Assembly (NCBI GenBank): GCA_965369865.1
Contig: CBDURU010000076.1
Span: 1-17,987, forward strand
Reading direction: 5' to 3'
Origin: an uncultured bacterium
Lineage (GTDB): Bacteria; JAJVIF01; JAPKYR01
DNA length: 17,987 nucleotides
The notes beneath the pieces were generated by a model. That model saw nothing but the letters and a program-made list of their open reading frames with translations, ran no database searches and was not told where the DNA came from. Both the position numbers and the translations under genes were made by a program. Of this stretch, positions 17,389 to 17,987 are shown one piece after another (the first letter of the stretch is position 1; each line of letters opens with the position of its first letter).

Positions 17389-17987
17389 ATGCCAGTAGTC
17401 AAAGTATTCAAATGTAGTGTCATCATTGCGGTACTTGCTCTGTTACTGTTGGTTGCCTGCACATCGAATGAAAAATCCACAGAGTCATCTGACATTAACA
17501 CATCCACAGGCACTGACCAGTCTACAGAGTCATCCGGTACTGACACAGACAATGGCTCTGAGCAGCCCATAGAACCTGATATCACTGGCCTTATACGCAC
17601 ATTCACCGGGCATACTGGTTCTGTAAGGTCCGTTGCATACAGCCCGGACGGCCGTTACGCGCTTTCAGGGAGTCTGGATGATACACTCAAGCTTTGGGAT
17701 ATCGAGACGGGAGACGAAATTCGCACATTAACTGGGCATACCGATTATGTAACATCAGTTGCAATCAGCCCGGACGGCTGTTACGTGCTCTCAGGGAGTG
17801 GTGATTATACACTCAAGCTTTGGGATATCGAGACGGGAGAAGAGATTCGCGCGTTCACCGGGCATACTGGTTATGTATTATCCGTTGCATTCAGCCCGGA
17901 CGGCCGTTACGCGCTTTCAGGGAGTCTGGATGATACACTCAAGCTTTGGGATATCGAGACGGGAGACGAAATTCGCACATTAACTGG
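17389..17987 (+). CDS. WD40-repeat lipoprotein (runs off the window end; absent from the ORF track)
   Basis: AGGAGG RBS and ATG at 17389. Hand translation gives MPVVKVFKCSVIIAVLALLLLVAC (lipobox), an S/T-rich linker, then 42-aa repeats 'IRTFTGHTGSVRSVAYSPDGRYALSGSLDDTLKLWDIETGDE'. No stop occurs before the end. Confidence 0.93.
   Translation, partial: MPVVKVFKCSVIIAVLALLLLVACTSNEKSTESSDINTSTGTDQSTESSGTDTDNGSEQPIEPDITGLIRTFTGHTGSVRSVAYSPDGRYALSGSLDDTLKLWDIETGDEIRTLTGHTDYVTSVAISPDGCYVLSGSGDYTLKLWDIETGEEIRAFTGHTGYVLSVAFSPDGRYALSGSLDDTLKLWDIETGDEIRTLT

Noticed and set aside
17049..17983. ORF-track calls 17049..17606 (-) and 17759..17983 (+)
   Set aside because: They are antisense or out-of-frame shadows of the lipoprotein and WD40 genes.

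Overview
Bacterial chromosomal window, probably from a diderm Terrabacteria-type lineage (inferred from an SLH-domain outer-membrane porin, a SpoIID/LytB lipoprotein and a DHH-CBS-fused tRNA nucleotidyltransferase). It holds 14 supportable CDSs. On the minus strand at the left: a SAM methyltransferase, recO, a SpoIID/LytB lipoprotein and a membrane protein. Then: a stand-alone C39-like peptidase, the CCA/A-adding enzyme, ribokinase, the SLH-porin, a convergent GEGP-motif diheme lipoprotein, an M3-like metallopeptidase, a PH-like protein, a Zn-ribbon/TPR membrane protein, an acidic lipoprotein and a truncated WD40 lipoprotein missing from the ORF track. The strongest unexplained signal is the same 9-6-9 palindrome (CGTTATGYA-N6-TGCATAACG, ModE-box-like) at the predicted transcription start of both the SLH-porin and the diheme lipoprotein. 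The lipoprotein's C-terminal half resembles the sulfite-oxidase molybdopterin-binding domain but lacks the usual Mo-ligand Cys. Together they suggest a Mo/W-repressed envelope uptake or scavenging module (inference). Intergenic spaces are rich in several families of REP/MITE-like palindromes and a 5-copy 62-63 bp hairpin array. No rRNA, tRNA, CRISPR-cas or transposase gene was seen.
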